Source of the DNA: an uncultured Clostridia bacterium
GTDB taxonomy: Bacteria; Bacillota; Clostridia; Christensenellales; UBA1242
Length of the DNA stretch: 63,201 nucleotides
Assembly (NCBI GenBank): GCA_947630405.1
Contig: CANRHL010000002.1
Location: forward strand, 1-63,201
Direction of reading: 5' to 3'
Part shown: positions 7,235-15,623 of the stretch, piece by piece
How the letters are laid out: each line of letters starts with the position of its first letter
How positions within the stretch are numbered: position 1 is the first letter of the stretch
Translations under genes and position numbers: made by a program
The notes under the pieces: generated by a model
What the model saw: the letters and a program-made list of their open reading frames with translations, nothing else
What the model was told of the DNA's origin: nothing
Databases searched by the model: none

Positions 7235-9358
7235 ATGTATGCACAGGTTATAGTAGATATTCAAAACGATGCGGTTGATAGAGTTTTTGACTATCTTGCT
7301 TTGCCCGACACAAAAATTGGCATGCGCGTGAGCGTGCCTTTTGCTGGCAGAACTGTGCTTGGCTATGTTATAGGTTTAAGCGAAACCACGTCGTTCGATG
7401 CGGCAAAAATTAAATCAATTAAAAAAAATTTAGAAACAGTACCTAGGCTGAAAGGCGAAATTTTAGAACTTTGCAAGTTTATGGCTAGGCACTTTTTTTT
7501 GCGTTTGAGCGACACAATTAGGCTTGCGCTTCCATCTTGCGTTTGGCTAGATAGCGAGCGGGCGCAAATTAATTACACATGCTCACTTATTTTCGATATC
7601 GATACGGCAATAAACATGATTGGCAAGCGGGCAAAAAGCCAACTTGCAGTTGTTTCTTTTCTAAACGACCAAGGCGAAGCGGAATATTTAAAATTGGTTG
7701 AGCTTTTTGGCAGAACTTCGGTTAATGCCGTAATTGAAAAGGGCATTGTTAGCAAAAACGGGGTAAGAAAATTACGAAAACCAGAAATTGAACAAACAAA
7801 ACTAGAAAAGCACACGCTAACCAAAGCGCAAGATAACGCAGTTAAGGAGATTGTTAATAGCGAACAAACCTTTTTGTTGCACGGGGTTACTGGCAGCGGC
7901 AAAACCGAAGTGTATATGTCGGTTATTGAAAAGGCATTAGCCGAAAACAAAACTGCCATTATGCTTGTGCCGGAAATTTCACTCACTCCACAAATGATGC
8001 AACGCTTTAATTCGCGTTTCCCGGGGCATGTTGCCGTTCTTCATAGCGGGTTAAGCGAAGGCGAGCGTTTTGACGAGTGGGAGCGCATATTCTCAGGCGA
8101 GGCAAAAGTCGTTTTAGGGGCAAGAAGTGCCGTTTTTGCGCCAATTGAAAATGTTGGTGTGATAATTATTGACGAAGAGCACGATAGTTCATATGTTAGC
8201 GAAACCAACCCTCGCTATTTCACGCACGATGTGGCTCAGTTTAGGGCAAAATACAATCATTGTCCGCTAGTTTTGGGCAGCGCAACGCCAAGCCTAGAGA
8301 GTTATAAAAAGGCGCAAGATGGCGAATATAAACTGATAACTTTAACCGAGCGAGTTAACAACCTTGAAATGCCAAAAATTGAAATTGTGGATATGCTAAA
8401 TGAAGTGCTTGACGGCAACACATCACCTTATAGCAAAAAACTTATTGCCAAACTTGACGAGTGCATCAAGAACAAAAAACAAGCCATTTTGTTTATAAAT
8501 AGGCGCGGATTTGCATCTTTTGTTATGTGCCGTGAGTGTGGTTATAGGGCAAAATGTCATTTTTGCGGCAAACGATATAGAATGTTAACAAATTGCCCAA
8601 ACTGCCATAGCAACAACATAAAATACGGGGCGCTTGGCACAGAGCGAGTTTGTAATGACCTGCAAAAAATGTTTCCAAACGTGCCAATTTTTAGGATGGA
8701 TAACGACACAACGCGCGGCAAAAACGGGCATAAGCACATTTTAGAGCAGTTTTCATCTGTTAGCCCAAGCATTTTAGTTGGCACGCAAATGATAGCAAAG
8801 GGGCACGATTATCCGCTTGTTTCGTTTGTTGGCATTTTGGATGCAGATGTTAGCCTTTATAATAGTGATTTTAAGTCTAACGAGCGCACTTTTCAACTTG
8901 TAACGCAGGTTGCAGGCAGAGCAGGGAGAGCAAACAACGATGGCTATGTAATTTTGCAGACCTACGCACCAAAACACTACGTTTACCGCTTTGCAACAAA
9001 CTATGATTACACAAGTTTTTACGAAAAAGAAGTCAATTTAAGACAAACCACCGGTTTTCCGCCATATAGCACAATTGTGCGCATTTTGGTGTCTTCAACA
9101 AGCGACAATAGGGCAATTGAAGTAACCAAAAAACTATACGATAACGCACTTAAATTAAAGGAAAAGTACGGCAAGCAAATTATATTTTTGCAGGCAATGC
9201 CAAGCCCGGTAAAACGCATACAAACCAAATATCGCTATCAAATTTTGGCGCGTTACACCCCAAATGACGACATTACAAACGACCTATTTAAAGTTGCCGA
9301 TGTAATTGAAAAGGATGTGTCGATTTTCGTTGAAATTAACCCGAATAATTTAAGATAA
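7235..9358 (+). CDS. priA: primosomal replication-restart helicase PriA
   Basis: 707 aa. GVTGSGKTEVY Walker A, IIDEEHD, Cys-rich zinc region, GRAGR. Confidence 0.95.
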   Translation: MYAQVIVDIQNDAVDRVFDYLALPDTKIGMRVSVPFAGRTVLGYVIGLSETTSFDAAKIKSIKKNLETVPRLKGEILELCKFMARHFFLRLSDTIRLALPSCVWLDSERAQINYTCSLIFDIDTAINMIGKRAKSQLAVVSFLNDQGEAEYLKLVELFGRTSVNAVIEKGIVSKNGVRKLRKPEIEQTKLEKHTLTKAQDNAVKEIVNSEQTFLLHGVTGSGKTEVYMSVIEKALAENKTAIMLVPEISLTPQMMQRFNSRFPGHVAVLHSGLSEGERFDEWERIFSGEAKVVLGARSAVFAPIENVGVIIIDEEHDSSYVSETNPRYFTHDVAQFRAKYNHCPLVLGSATPSLESYKKAQDGEYKLITLTERVNNLEMPKIEIVDMLNEVLDGNTSPYSKKLIAKLDECIKNKKQAILFINRRGFASFVMCRECGYRAKCHFCGKRYRMLTNCPNCHSNNIKYGALGTERVCNDLQKMFPNVPIFRMDNDTTRGKNGHKHILEQFSSVSPSILVGTQMIAKGHDYPLVSFVGILDADVSLYNSDFKSNERTFQLVTQVAGRAGRANNDGYVILQTYAPKHYVYRFATNYDYTSFYEKEVNLRQTTGFPPYSTIVRILVSSTSDNRAIEVTKKLYDNALKLKEKYGKQIIFLQAMPSPVKRIQTKYRYQILARYTPNDDITNDLFKVADVIEKDVSIFVEINPNNLR

Positions 9359-9362
9359 ACAC

Positions 9363-9391
9363 TTGTTAAAATGTAAAATTTATGTTATAAT
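9363..9391 (+). promoter_or_regulatory. sigma-A type promoter
   Basis: TTGTTA 9363-9368, 17 nt, TGtTATAAT with -10 at 9386-9391. Confidence 0.55.
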
Positions 9392-9406
9392 AATAGTGGA
9401 GTGGTT

Positions 9407-9745
9407 ATGAAAAAGGCAAAAGAACAACAGGAATTAGAAAAGGATATTCAAAACGAAGTTAAATTGGAGTTTGATAGAATAAAACAGGCGTTGCGTTTGT
9501 TTAATGCGTTGCAATTAGATGGTATGTCGTGGGAAGAAAACGAAGTTGCAAAAAGTGCAGTGCCTTATATTGGCATGGAAGATGCTCAAATTAAAAGCCG
9601 TATTGAAACAAAAATAAGGGCAAAGCGCGGCCGTGAAAAATCAAAAAATGCGGTTGGCTCAACAAAAGCAAAACGCAAGGGTTTGCTTGCACGTATGGCT
9701 CGCAGACGAAACAATAAAAAAGAAACTGGCATATCAGTTGGTTAA
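9407..9745 (+). CDS. hypothetical small protein with a highly basic C-terminal tail
   Basis: 112 aa from ATG 9407 (GTGGAG SD). Acidic or helical N-terminal half. C-terminus is RAKRGREKSKNAVGSTKAKRKGLLARMARRRNNKK. No family recognised. Confidence 0.5.
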   Translation: MKKAKEQQELEKDIQNEVKLEFDRIKQALRLFNALQLDGMSWEENEVAKSAVPYIGMEDAQIKSRIETKIRAKRGREKSKNAVGSTKAKRKGLLARMARRRNNKKETGISVG

Positions 9746-9776
9746 AATTTCCTATTTAGGAAATTTTTTGTTTTTT
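9745..9776 (+). terminator. rho-independent terminator
   Basis: AAATTTCCT/AGGAAATTT 9-bp stem followed by a T-run. Confidence 0.7.
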
Positions 9777-9779
9777 AAA

Positions 9780-9808
9780 TTGACAAAACCATATTTGTAT
9801 GATAGAAT
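9780..9808 (+). promoter_or_regulatory. sigma-A type promoter of def-fmt-rlmN
   Basis: TTGACA 9780-9785, 17 nt, TGaTAGAAT with -10 at 9803-9808. Confidence 0.6.
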
Positions 9809-9828
9809 AAAAAAGTTAAGGAGAATTT

Positions 9829-10290
9829 ATGGCAATACGAGAAATTGTTCCATACACTGATAAATTTATAAGGAAACAGAGCAAACCTGTTACGGTTTTT
9901 GACGATAAACTTGCCGAACTTTTAGACGATATGTGGGAAACACTTTTGTCTGTTAATGGTGCAGGCTTAAGCGCAGTGCAAGTTGGCGTTTTAAAGCGCG
10001 CTTTTATAATAAACATTAACAACATGAAAATGGAGTTTATTAACCCCGTTATTATAAAAAAGAGTGGCGAACAATATAAGCAAGAAGGGTGCTTGAGTGT
10101 GCCCAACACCTATAATTATGTTAAACGCCCACAAACTGTAACCATTGTGGCTTATGACCGCTATGGCAACAAGTTCACTTTCACTTGTGAAGATTGGACT
10201 GCCGTTTGCGTAAGCCATGAATATGACCATTTAGATGGAATTTTGTTTACAGATAAAATTTGTGTTCCCCCAAAAGGCAAGGCGGAGTAA
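9829..10290 (+). CDS. def: peptide deformylase
   Basis: 153 aa. GAGLSAVQVG, EGCLSVP and HEYDHLDG motifs. Confidence 0.95.
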   Translation: MAIREIVPYTDKFIRKQSKPVTVFDDKLAELLDDMWETLLSVNGAGLSAVQVGVLKRAFIININNMKMEFINPVIIKKSGEQYKQEGCLSVPNTYNYVKRPQTVTIVAYDRYGNKFTFTCEDWTAVCVSHEYDHLDGILFTDKICVPPKGKAE

Positions 10291-11210
10291 TGAAAATAGT
10301 TTTTTTTGGTTCAAATGAATTTAGCCTTAAAATATTATGCGGGCTAATTGAAATGGGGCAGCAAGTTGTTGGCGTTGTTATGCAGCCAGATAAAGTTAAT
10401 GCAAGAAACAACAAAATAGTTTTTTCGCCCTTAAAAAAATATTGCTTAGATAACAACATTAAATTGTTCCAATTTGAAAAACTTAATAAAGAAGGGGAGC
10501 AACCATTAAAAGAACTTAATGCGGATTTATTTATAACGGCAAGTTATGGCCAAATTATACGCCAAAATATTTTGGATATTCCTAAATTTGCAACCATTAA
10601 TGTGCACACAAGTTTGTTGCCAAAATATCGCGGCTCAGCACCCGTGCAATATGCAATTTTAAATGGCGAAAAGGTTACCGGCGTAACCATTATGAAAACA
10701 GAACTAGGGCTTGATACGGGCGATATTTATTTACAAAAGCAAATTGAGATTTTAGACGACGATACAACATCAAGTATGTTTAATAAGCTATCTACACTAG
10801 GTGTTGATTGTCTAAAAGAGTTCTTTAATAACTTTGATTATTACATTAACCATCACACGCCACAAGACGAAAGCAAGGCAAGTTACTATCCAATGCTCAA
10901 AAAAGAAGATTATTTATTGGATTTCAATGCCCAAGATTTTGAACTTATCAACAAGGTGCGTGCGTTAGAAAATTGCTATTTTGTGTATTACGGAGTGAGA
11001 TATAAAGTTTTAAAAATACAAAGAGCAAATTTAAAGGGTAAGGCTGGCGAAGTTCTAACTTGCAGCAGCAAAGCGGGGTTAATTATTGGTTGCAAAAATG
11101 GTGCAGTGGAGATTTTAACAATTCAGCCAGAAGGCAAACAGCCAATGCCGGCAAAAGCGTATATGAACGCAAACAAATTTAGGGTTGGAGATATTATTGA
11201 AAATTCTTAG
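10290..11210 (+). CDS. fmt: methionyl-tRNA formyltransferase
   Basis: MKIVFFGS start in a TAATG overlap with the def stop. HTSLLPKYRGSAP motif. Confidence 0.93.
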   Translation: MKIVFFGSNEFSLKILCGLIEMGQQVVGVVMQPDKVNARNNKIVFSPLKKYCLDNNIKLFQFEKLNKEGEQPLKELNADLFITASYGQIIRQNILDIPKFATINVHTSLLPKYRGSAPVQYAILNGEKVTGVTIMKTELGLDTGDIYLQKQIEILDDDTTSSMFNKLSTLGVDCLKEFFNNFDYYINHHTPQDESKASYYPMLKKEDYLLDFNAQDFELINKVRALENCYFVYYGVRYKVLKIQRANLKGKAGEVLTCSSKAGLIIGCKNGAVEILTIQPEGKQPMPAKAYMNANKFRVGDIIENS

Positions 11211-12222
11211 TGATTTTAGCCTTAATGAATTAAAAACCGAGTTGGCAGAATTACCAGCTTTTCGTGCCAAGCAAATTTTTGATGCAATTATGCAAGCAAA
11301 GGATTTTAGTGAAACAAATCTACCCAAAGCCATAATTGAAAAGTTCCAACAAAATTACATTTTAAAGCCGGTTGAAATTTATAAAACGCTAACCAGCAAG
11401 GACGGAACAAAAAAATATCTTTTAAAACTCTTTGATAACAATATTGTTGAGTGTGTTTATTTAAAACAAAATTATGGCAACACAATTTGTATGTCCACAC
11501 AAGTTGGCTGCAAAATGGGGTGCAAGTTTTGTGCGTCCACACTTAATGGCTGCGTTAGAAATTTATCTAGCGGCGAAATGCTTTCAACTATTGCGGTTGT
11601 TTCAGCTGATAACGGCAAGCGAACCGAACGCAATTTCACAAACATTGTGCTTATGGGCAGTGGCGAGCCGTTTGATAACTATGATAATGTTGTAAAATGG
11701 CTTAATTTGATAACCGATAAAAACGGCTTTAATGTTAGCGAACGCAACATTTCGCTTTCAACTTGCGGTTTGGTGGATAGAATTTATGATTTTGCCAAAT
11801 TAAAATTTAACATAACACTTTGTTTGTCGCTTCACGCAACAACTGACGAAGTTCGAAAAACTATTATGCCAATAGCCAATCGATACACAATTAAGGAAAC
11901 GATTGACGCACTAAAATATTATGTTGGCGAAAATAATAGGCGAGTGGTGTTTGAATATTGTTTAATTAAAGATGTTAACAACTCGCAAGCGGATATAATG
12001 CGCCTAAAAGACTTAACAAAAGGGTTAAATTGCCATGTTAATGTAATTTGCCTTAATCCAAATGGCGGCCCGCTAAAAGCCACCACGCGAACAGAAGCGC
12101 AAGCGTTTGTTAAAGCACTCAATGATAATGGCGTTAGTGCAACATTAAGGCGCAGTCAGGGTAGTGATATTGAAGGTGCATGCGGCATGCTTAGAGCAAA
12201 AACCTTGAACAAATTAAAATAA
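11185..12222 (+). CDS. rlmN: 23S rRNA/tRNA m2A methyltransferase RlmN (radical SAM)
   Basis: GCKMGCKFC radical-SAM motif and FRAKQIFDAI N-terminus. Start is uncertain (TTG 11185 or TTG 11197). Confidence 0.92.
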   Translation: MEILLKILSDFSLNELKTELAELPAFRAKQIFDAIMQAKDFSETNLPKAIIEKFQQNYILKPVEIYKTLTSKDGTKKYLLKLFDNNIVECVYLKQNYGNTICMSTQVGCKMGCKFCASTLNGCVRNLSSGEMLSTIAVVSADNGKRTERNFTNIVLMGSGEPFDNYDNVVKWLNLITDKNGFNVSERNISLSTCGLVDRIYDFAKLKFNITLCLSLHATTDEVRKTIMPIANRYTIKETIDALKYYVGENNRRVVFEYCLIKDVNNSQADIMRLKDLTKGLNCHVNVICLNPNGGPLKATTRTEAQAFVKALNDNGVSATLRRSQGSDIEGACGMLRAKTLNKLK

Positions 12223-12292
12223 ATATTTAATAAAAGCCAAAATTTTATTTTATATTTATTTTTTTTATGCTATAATATTTTTAGGAGAGTTT

Positions 12293-12946
12293 ATGCGTAA
12301 AATTGTTGTTTCAGCATCTAGTTTGCCGGCTGGGAGAAATATGTCCAGCCAAATTGAGTATATAGAGCGTGTTGGCACATACGGGGCGGATATGTACCAT
12401 CTTGACGTTATGGATGGCGAGTACACCCGTTTTAAAACAATTGACCACGCATATATAGAGCAGTTAAGGGAACATTCCCCGCTTCTTTTTGATGCGCACC
12501 TCATGGTTAAAAATCCAGAAAAAGTTGTTGATAAATACATAAAGGCGGGCGCCGATATAATTTCAATTCATTATGAAGTTTTTGAGGATGCCGAAACTCT
12601 TATTAAAGTTCTTAAAAAAATAAAAAGGGCAAAAAAGATGGTTGGCCTTGCTTTTGATATTGACACAGACATTAAAATTGTTGAACAATTTTTGAAATAT
12701 ATCGACATGGTTGTTATTTTGTGCGTAAAAGTTGGCAAGGGCGGGCAGCCGTTTAATGAGGCCGCACTTAAAAAAATTAAATATGTTCGTTCGCTGGACC
12801 GCGACATTTTAATTGAAGCCGACGGCGGCATCAACCCAACCACTGCACAACAATGCGTTAAAGCGGGTGCGGATATTTTGGTTAGCGGTGCTTATATTTA
12901 TAATAACGACACTTACACCGCAATTCAAGAAATCAAAGGCAAGTAG
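12293..12946 (+). CDS. rpe: ribulose-phosphate 3-epimerase family protein (divergent)
   Basis: 217 aa. HLDVMDG, DAHLMV, EADGGI and VSGAYI are conserved. The usual FVPN and MSVxPGFGGQ motifs read YTRF and LCVKVGKGGQ. Confidence 0.75.
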   Translation: MRKIVVSASSLPAGRNMSSQIEYIERVGTYGADMYHLDVMDGEYTRFKTIDHAYIEQLREHSPLLFDAHLMVKNPEKVVDKYIKAGADIISIHYEVFEDAETLIKVLKKIKRAKKMVGLAFDIDTDIKIVEQFLKYIDMVVILCVKVGKGGQPFNEAALKKIKYVRSLDRDILIEADGGINPTTAQQCVKAGADILVSGAYIYNNDTYTAIQEIKGK

Positions 12947-12947
12947 T

Positions 12948-13634
12948 ATGGACGATAGATTTTATTTTGAAAGCGAAAATAACAATAAAGTTATTTTTTC
13001 TGCGGGCGAAAGTCAGCACATCGTTAAGGTGAGAAGAAAGCAAGTTGGCGACGAAATTTTGGGCTTTAATGGCGACGGATTTGATTATAAATTAAAGATT
13101 GAAGAAATTGGCAAACAAGTTAGGGCAAACATAATTTCAAAAACAAAAAACAGGGCATATGGCGAAAAGAAAATTGTGGTTTACCTTGCCATGCTTAAAA
13201 ATGAAGCACTGCAAACTGCAATTGATAATTTGGCTGAATTAAATGTTAGCGAAGTTAAACTTTTTAAAGCCGATTTTTCCATTGCCAACCTAGATAATAA
13301 GAAGTTAGAAAAATTAAATTTGCAATCAATTCAAGCCAGCAAACAATGTGAGCGTGCCGATGTTATGCGCGTTTCAATAATCGATAAAAATGCGATAAAA
13401 ATAGATTTAAAAAATTTTTCAAACTGCTTTTTTGCCTATGAAAATTCAAATGAAAAAATTAAATCTTTTGCTGGCGATTTTTCCTTAATTATTGGTCCAG
13501 AAGGTGGATTTTCGCCGGACGAAGTTAAATATTTTTCTAGTTTTGCAACCGAAATTAGTTTAGGCAAAACCATTTTGCGCGCCGAAGTGGCAGTTGTGTC
13601 TAGTGTTAGCGCATTAAAGGCGGTTAGCCTATGA
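12948..13634 (+). CDS. rsmE: 16S rRNA m3U1498 methyltransferase RsmE
   Basis: Start MDDRFYF at ATG 12948, 1 nt after the rpe stop. GPEGGFSPDE motif. The track's N-terminal extension overlaps rpe. Confidence 0.85.
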   Translation: MDDRFYFESENNNKVIFSAGESQHIVKVRRKQVGDEILGFNGDGFDYKLKIEEIGKQVRANIISKTKNRAYGEKKIVVYLAMLKNEALQTAIDNLAELNVSEVKLFKADFSIANLDNKKLEKLNLQSIQASKQCERADVMRVSIIDKNAIKIDLKNFSNCFFAYENSNEKIKSFAGDFSLIIGPEGGFSPDEVKYFSSFATEISLGKTILRAEVAVVSSVSALKAVSL

Positions 13635-14875
13635 TAGCAAGTGTGGTAACCCTTGGTTGCAAGGTCAATGAATATGAAAGCCAATCGATATTAAACCAAC
13701 TAAAAGCGGGCGGCTACGATATTTGTGAAGGGCTTGTGAAAGCCGATGTTTATGTTGTAAACACATGTGCGGTAACCAACATGGCAGAGCATAAATCTCG
13801 CCAAATGCTTTCTAGAATTTTAAAACTTAATCCACAAGCCAAAATTTTTGTTTGCGGCTGTGCGGTGCAGAACAATCCGGCTCAGTTTTTAAAAAATCCA
13901 AATGTGTTTGCACTTGTTGGCAATGCGGGCAAGGAAGATATTTTAAACTTTATAAAAAAGCAAAATAAAACCTTGCCGGATTTAATTCATAATAAATACA
14001 CGCCAACCGCTCGCCCAATAAAAACCCGCACCAGGCAATACATTAAAATTCAAGATGGCTGCGATTATTTTTGCAACTATTGTTTAATCCCATATGTGCG
14101 TGGCAGAAGCCGAAGCCGAGATATGTTGGATATTTTAGACGAAATTAAAAACACCAAGGCTAAAGAAATTGTGCTAACTGGCATAAATATGACCGACTAT
14201 AAACAAAACAACAAACCCGCCCTTAAAAAACTAATTAAAGAAGTGGATAAACTTGGCATAAGATTTAGAATTTCATCTATTGAGTGTATGGCGCTTGACG
14301 ACGAAATGATAAAAATTTTATCGTCTTGCAAAAACTTTTGCCCGCATTTTCACATAAGTTTGCAATCGGCTTGCAATGAAACGCTAAAGCGAATGAATAG
14401 GCACTATACAATTGAAAAATTTATGGAGATTGTTAAAAATATAAAAGCCAATTTTCCTAATGCGTCAGTTTCAACCGACATAATTGTTGGCTTTGTTGGC
14501 GAAACTGAAAAAGAGTTTAAAACAACACTATCCAATTTAAAGAAAATTGAATTTAGTTTTATGCACATTTTCCCTTATAGTGAGCGTGCCGGCACGGTTG
14601 CAAGCAAAATGGAAGGAAAAATTGATAAAGCCACAAAAAAAGCAAGAGAAGAAAAATTAATTGCCCTAAACAAGCAGTTTAAAACAAAGTTTTATAATCA
14701 AAACAAAAACACCACGCACAAAGTTTTAGTTGAACTTTATGAAAACGGCTATTCTTGTGGCTACACCGAAAATTATATTTACACTTACATAAAGGGCAAA
14801 TTAAAAACAAACGAAATTATTGATGTTAAACTAACAAAACCTTATAAAGAAGGTATGATTGGAGAACTTTGTTAA
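13631..14875 (+). CDS. mtaB: tRNA methylthiotransferase MtaB (MiaB-like radical SAM)
   Basis: TLGCKVNEYES N-terminus, CDYFCNYC radical-SAM motif. ATGA overlap with rsmE. Confidence 0.85.
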   Translation: MIASVVTLGCKVNEYESQSILNQLKAGGYDICEGLVKADVYVVNTCAVTNMAEHKSRQMLSRILKLNPQAKIFVCGCAVQNNPAQFLKNPNVFALVGNAGKEDILNFIKKQNKTLPDLIHNKYTPTARPIKTRTRQYIKIQDGCDYFCNYCLIPYVRGRSRSRDMLDILDEIKNTKAKEIVLTGINMTDYKQNNKPALKKLIKEVDKLGIRFRISSIECMALDDEMIKILSSCKNFCPHFHISLQSACNETLKRMNRHYTIEKFMEIVKNIKANFPNASVSTDIIVGFVGETEKEFKTTLSNLKKIEFSFMHIFPYSERAGTVASKMEGKIDKATKKAREEKLIALNKQFKTKFYNQNKNTTHKVLVELYENGYSCGYTENYIYTYIKGKLKTNEIIDVKLTKPYKEGMIGELC

Positions 14876-14926
14876 ATTTATTTTACTTAAAATAAAATTG
14901 TGTTATAATTAATTAAGGAGTGAGAT

Positions 14927-15262
14927 ATGGAAGATTGTGTATTTTGTAAAATTATAAAAGGGGAGTTGCCTAGCACCAAACTTTATGAAGATAAAGATTT
15001 TATTTTAATTAAAGATATTAATCCAACTGCAAAGGTGCATTTGTTGGCAATACCTAAAAACCATGTGCCATATATAGATATGATGACGGAAGAGGGGGCA
15101 GCATATCTTGGCAAAATTATGTTAAAAATTTCAAAAATGCAGGAAAAACTTGGCATAACCGAAGGTTTCCGCCTTGTTATAAATCAAGGTGAAAATGCTG
15201 GCCAATCGGTTGAGCACGTTCACATCCATGTTTTAGGTGGCGAAAAACTAAAAGAAATGTAA
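14927..15262 (+). CDS. HIT-family nucleotide hydrolase
   Basis: 111 aa with the histidine triad HVHIHVLGG. Confidence 0.9.
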   Translation: MEDCVFCKIIKGELPSTKLYEDKDFILIKDINPTAKVHLLAIPKNHVPYIDMMTEEGAAYLGKIMLKISKMQEKLGITEGFRLVINQGENAGQSVEHVHIHVLGGEKLKEM

Positions 15263-15272
15263 CAAATTTTTA

Positions 15273-15300
15273 AAAAGTGGTTGACAATGCCACTTTTTTT
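15273..15300 (+). terminator. rho-independent terminator whose loop carries the rpsU -35 box
   Basis: AAAAGTGG / CCACTTTT 8-bp stem, 9-nt loop TTGACAATG, then a T-run. Confidence 0.6.
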
Positions 15301-15309
15301 GTGTATAAT
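15281..15309 (+). promoter_or_regulatory. sigma-A type promoter of rpsU
   Basis: TTGACA 15281-15286, 17 nt, TATAAT 15304-15309. Confidence 0.6.
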
Positions 15310-15334
15310 ATTTAAGAATTTTAAATAAAAGTGG

Positions 15335-15532
15335 GTGAATAAGTTGACAACAGTTAAATGTGGCGAAAATGAGTCTATTGACAGCGCTTTAAAACGTTTT
15401 AAACGCAAATGTCAAAAAGACGGCATTATTGGCGACCTTAAAAAGAAAACTGAATATGTTAAGCCAAGCGTTGCACGTAAAGAGAAATCTAAGGCTGCAC
15501 GCAAACGCGCTATGAAACGCAACAAATATTAA
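15335..15532 (+). CDS. rpsU: 30S ribosomal protein S21
   Basis: [20 protein letters not shown] signature. Start is GTG 15335 or TTG 15344. Confidence 0.9.
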   Translation: MNKLTTVKCGENESIDSALKRFKRKCQKDGIIGDLKKKTEYVKPSVARKEKSKAARKRAMKRNKY

Positions 15533-15534
15533 AC

Positions 15535-15556
15535 CACTAGTTCGCTAGTGATTTTT
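15535..15556 (+). terminator. rho-independent terminator
   Basis: CACTAG/CTAGTG stem, TTCG loop, followed by T5. Confidence 0.65.
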
Positions 15557-15588
15557 ATTTAAAAAGAAGGTAAATTTGTTTAATTTAT

Positions 15589-15617
15589 TTCCTTTTTTTT
15601 AATCAATTTAGTATAAT
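15589..15617 (+). promoter_or_regulatory. putative promoter of pcrA, leaderless geometry
   Basis: TATAAT 15612-15617, then 6 nt and ATG 15624, with no SD. The -35 region is weak (TTCCTT). Confidence 0.4.
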
Positions 15618-15623
15618 AAAAAT

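Noticed and set aside
12813-12947. Long N-terminal extensions in the ORF track: rsmE from 12813, fmt from 10260, plsX from 4667, spoIIIAA from 59890, spoIIIAB from 60825, spoIIIAC from 61256, the HA gene from 1120, and the minus-strand orphans from 27143 and 48245.
   Set aside because: These extensions overlap upstream genes, promoters or terminator T-runs. Internal ATGs with proper SD or coupling signals, and family-typical N-termini, give better starts.
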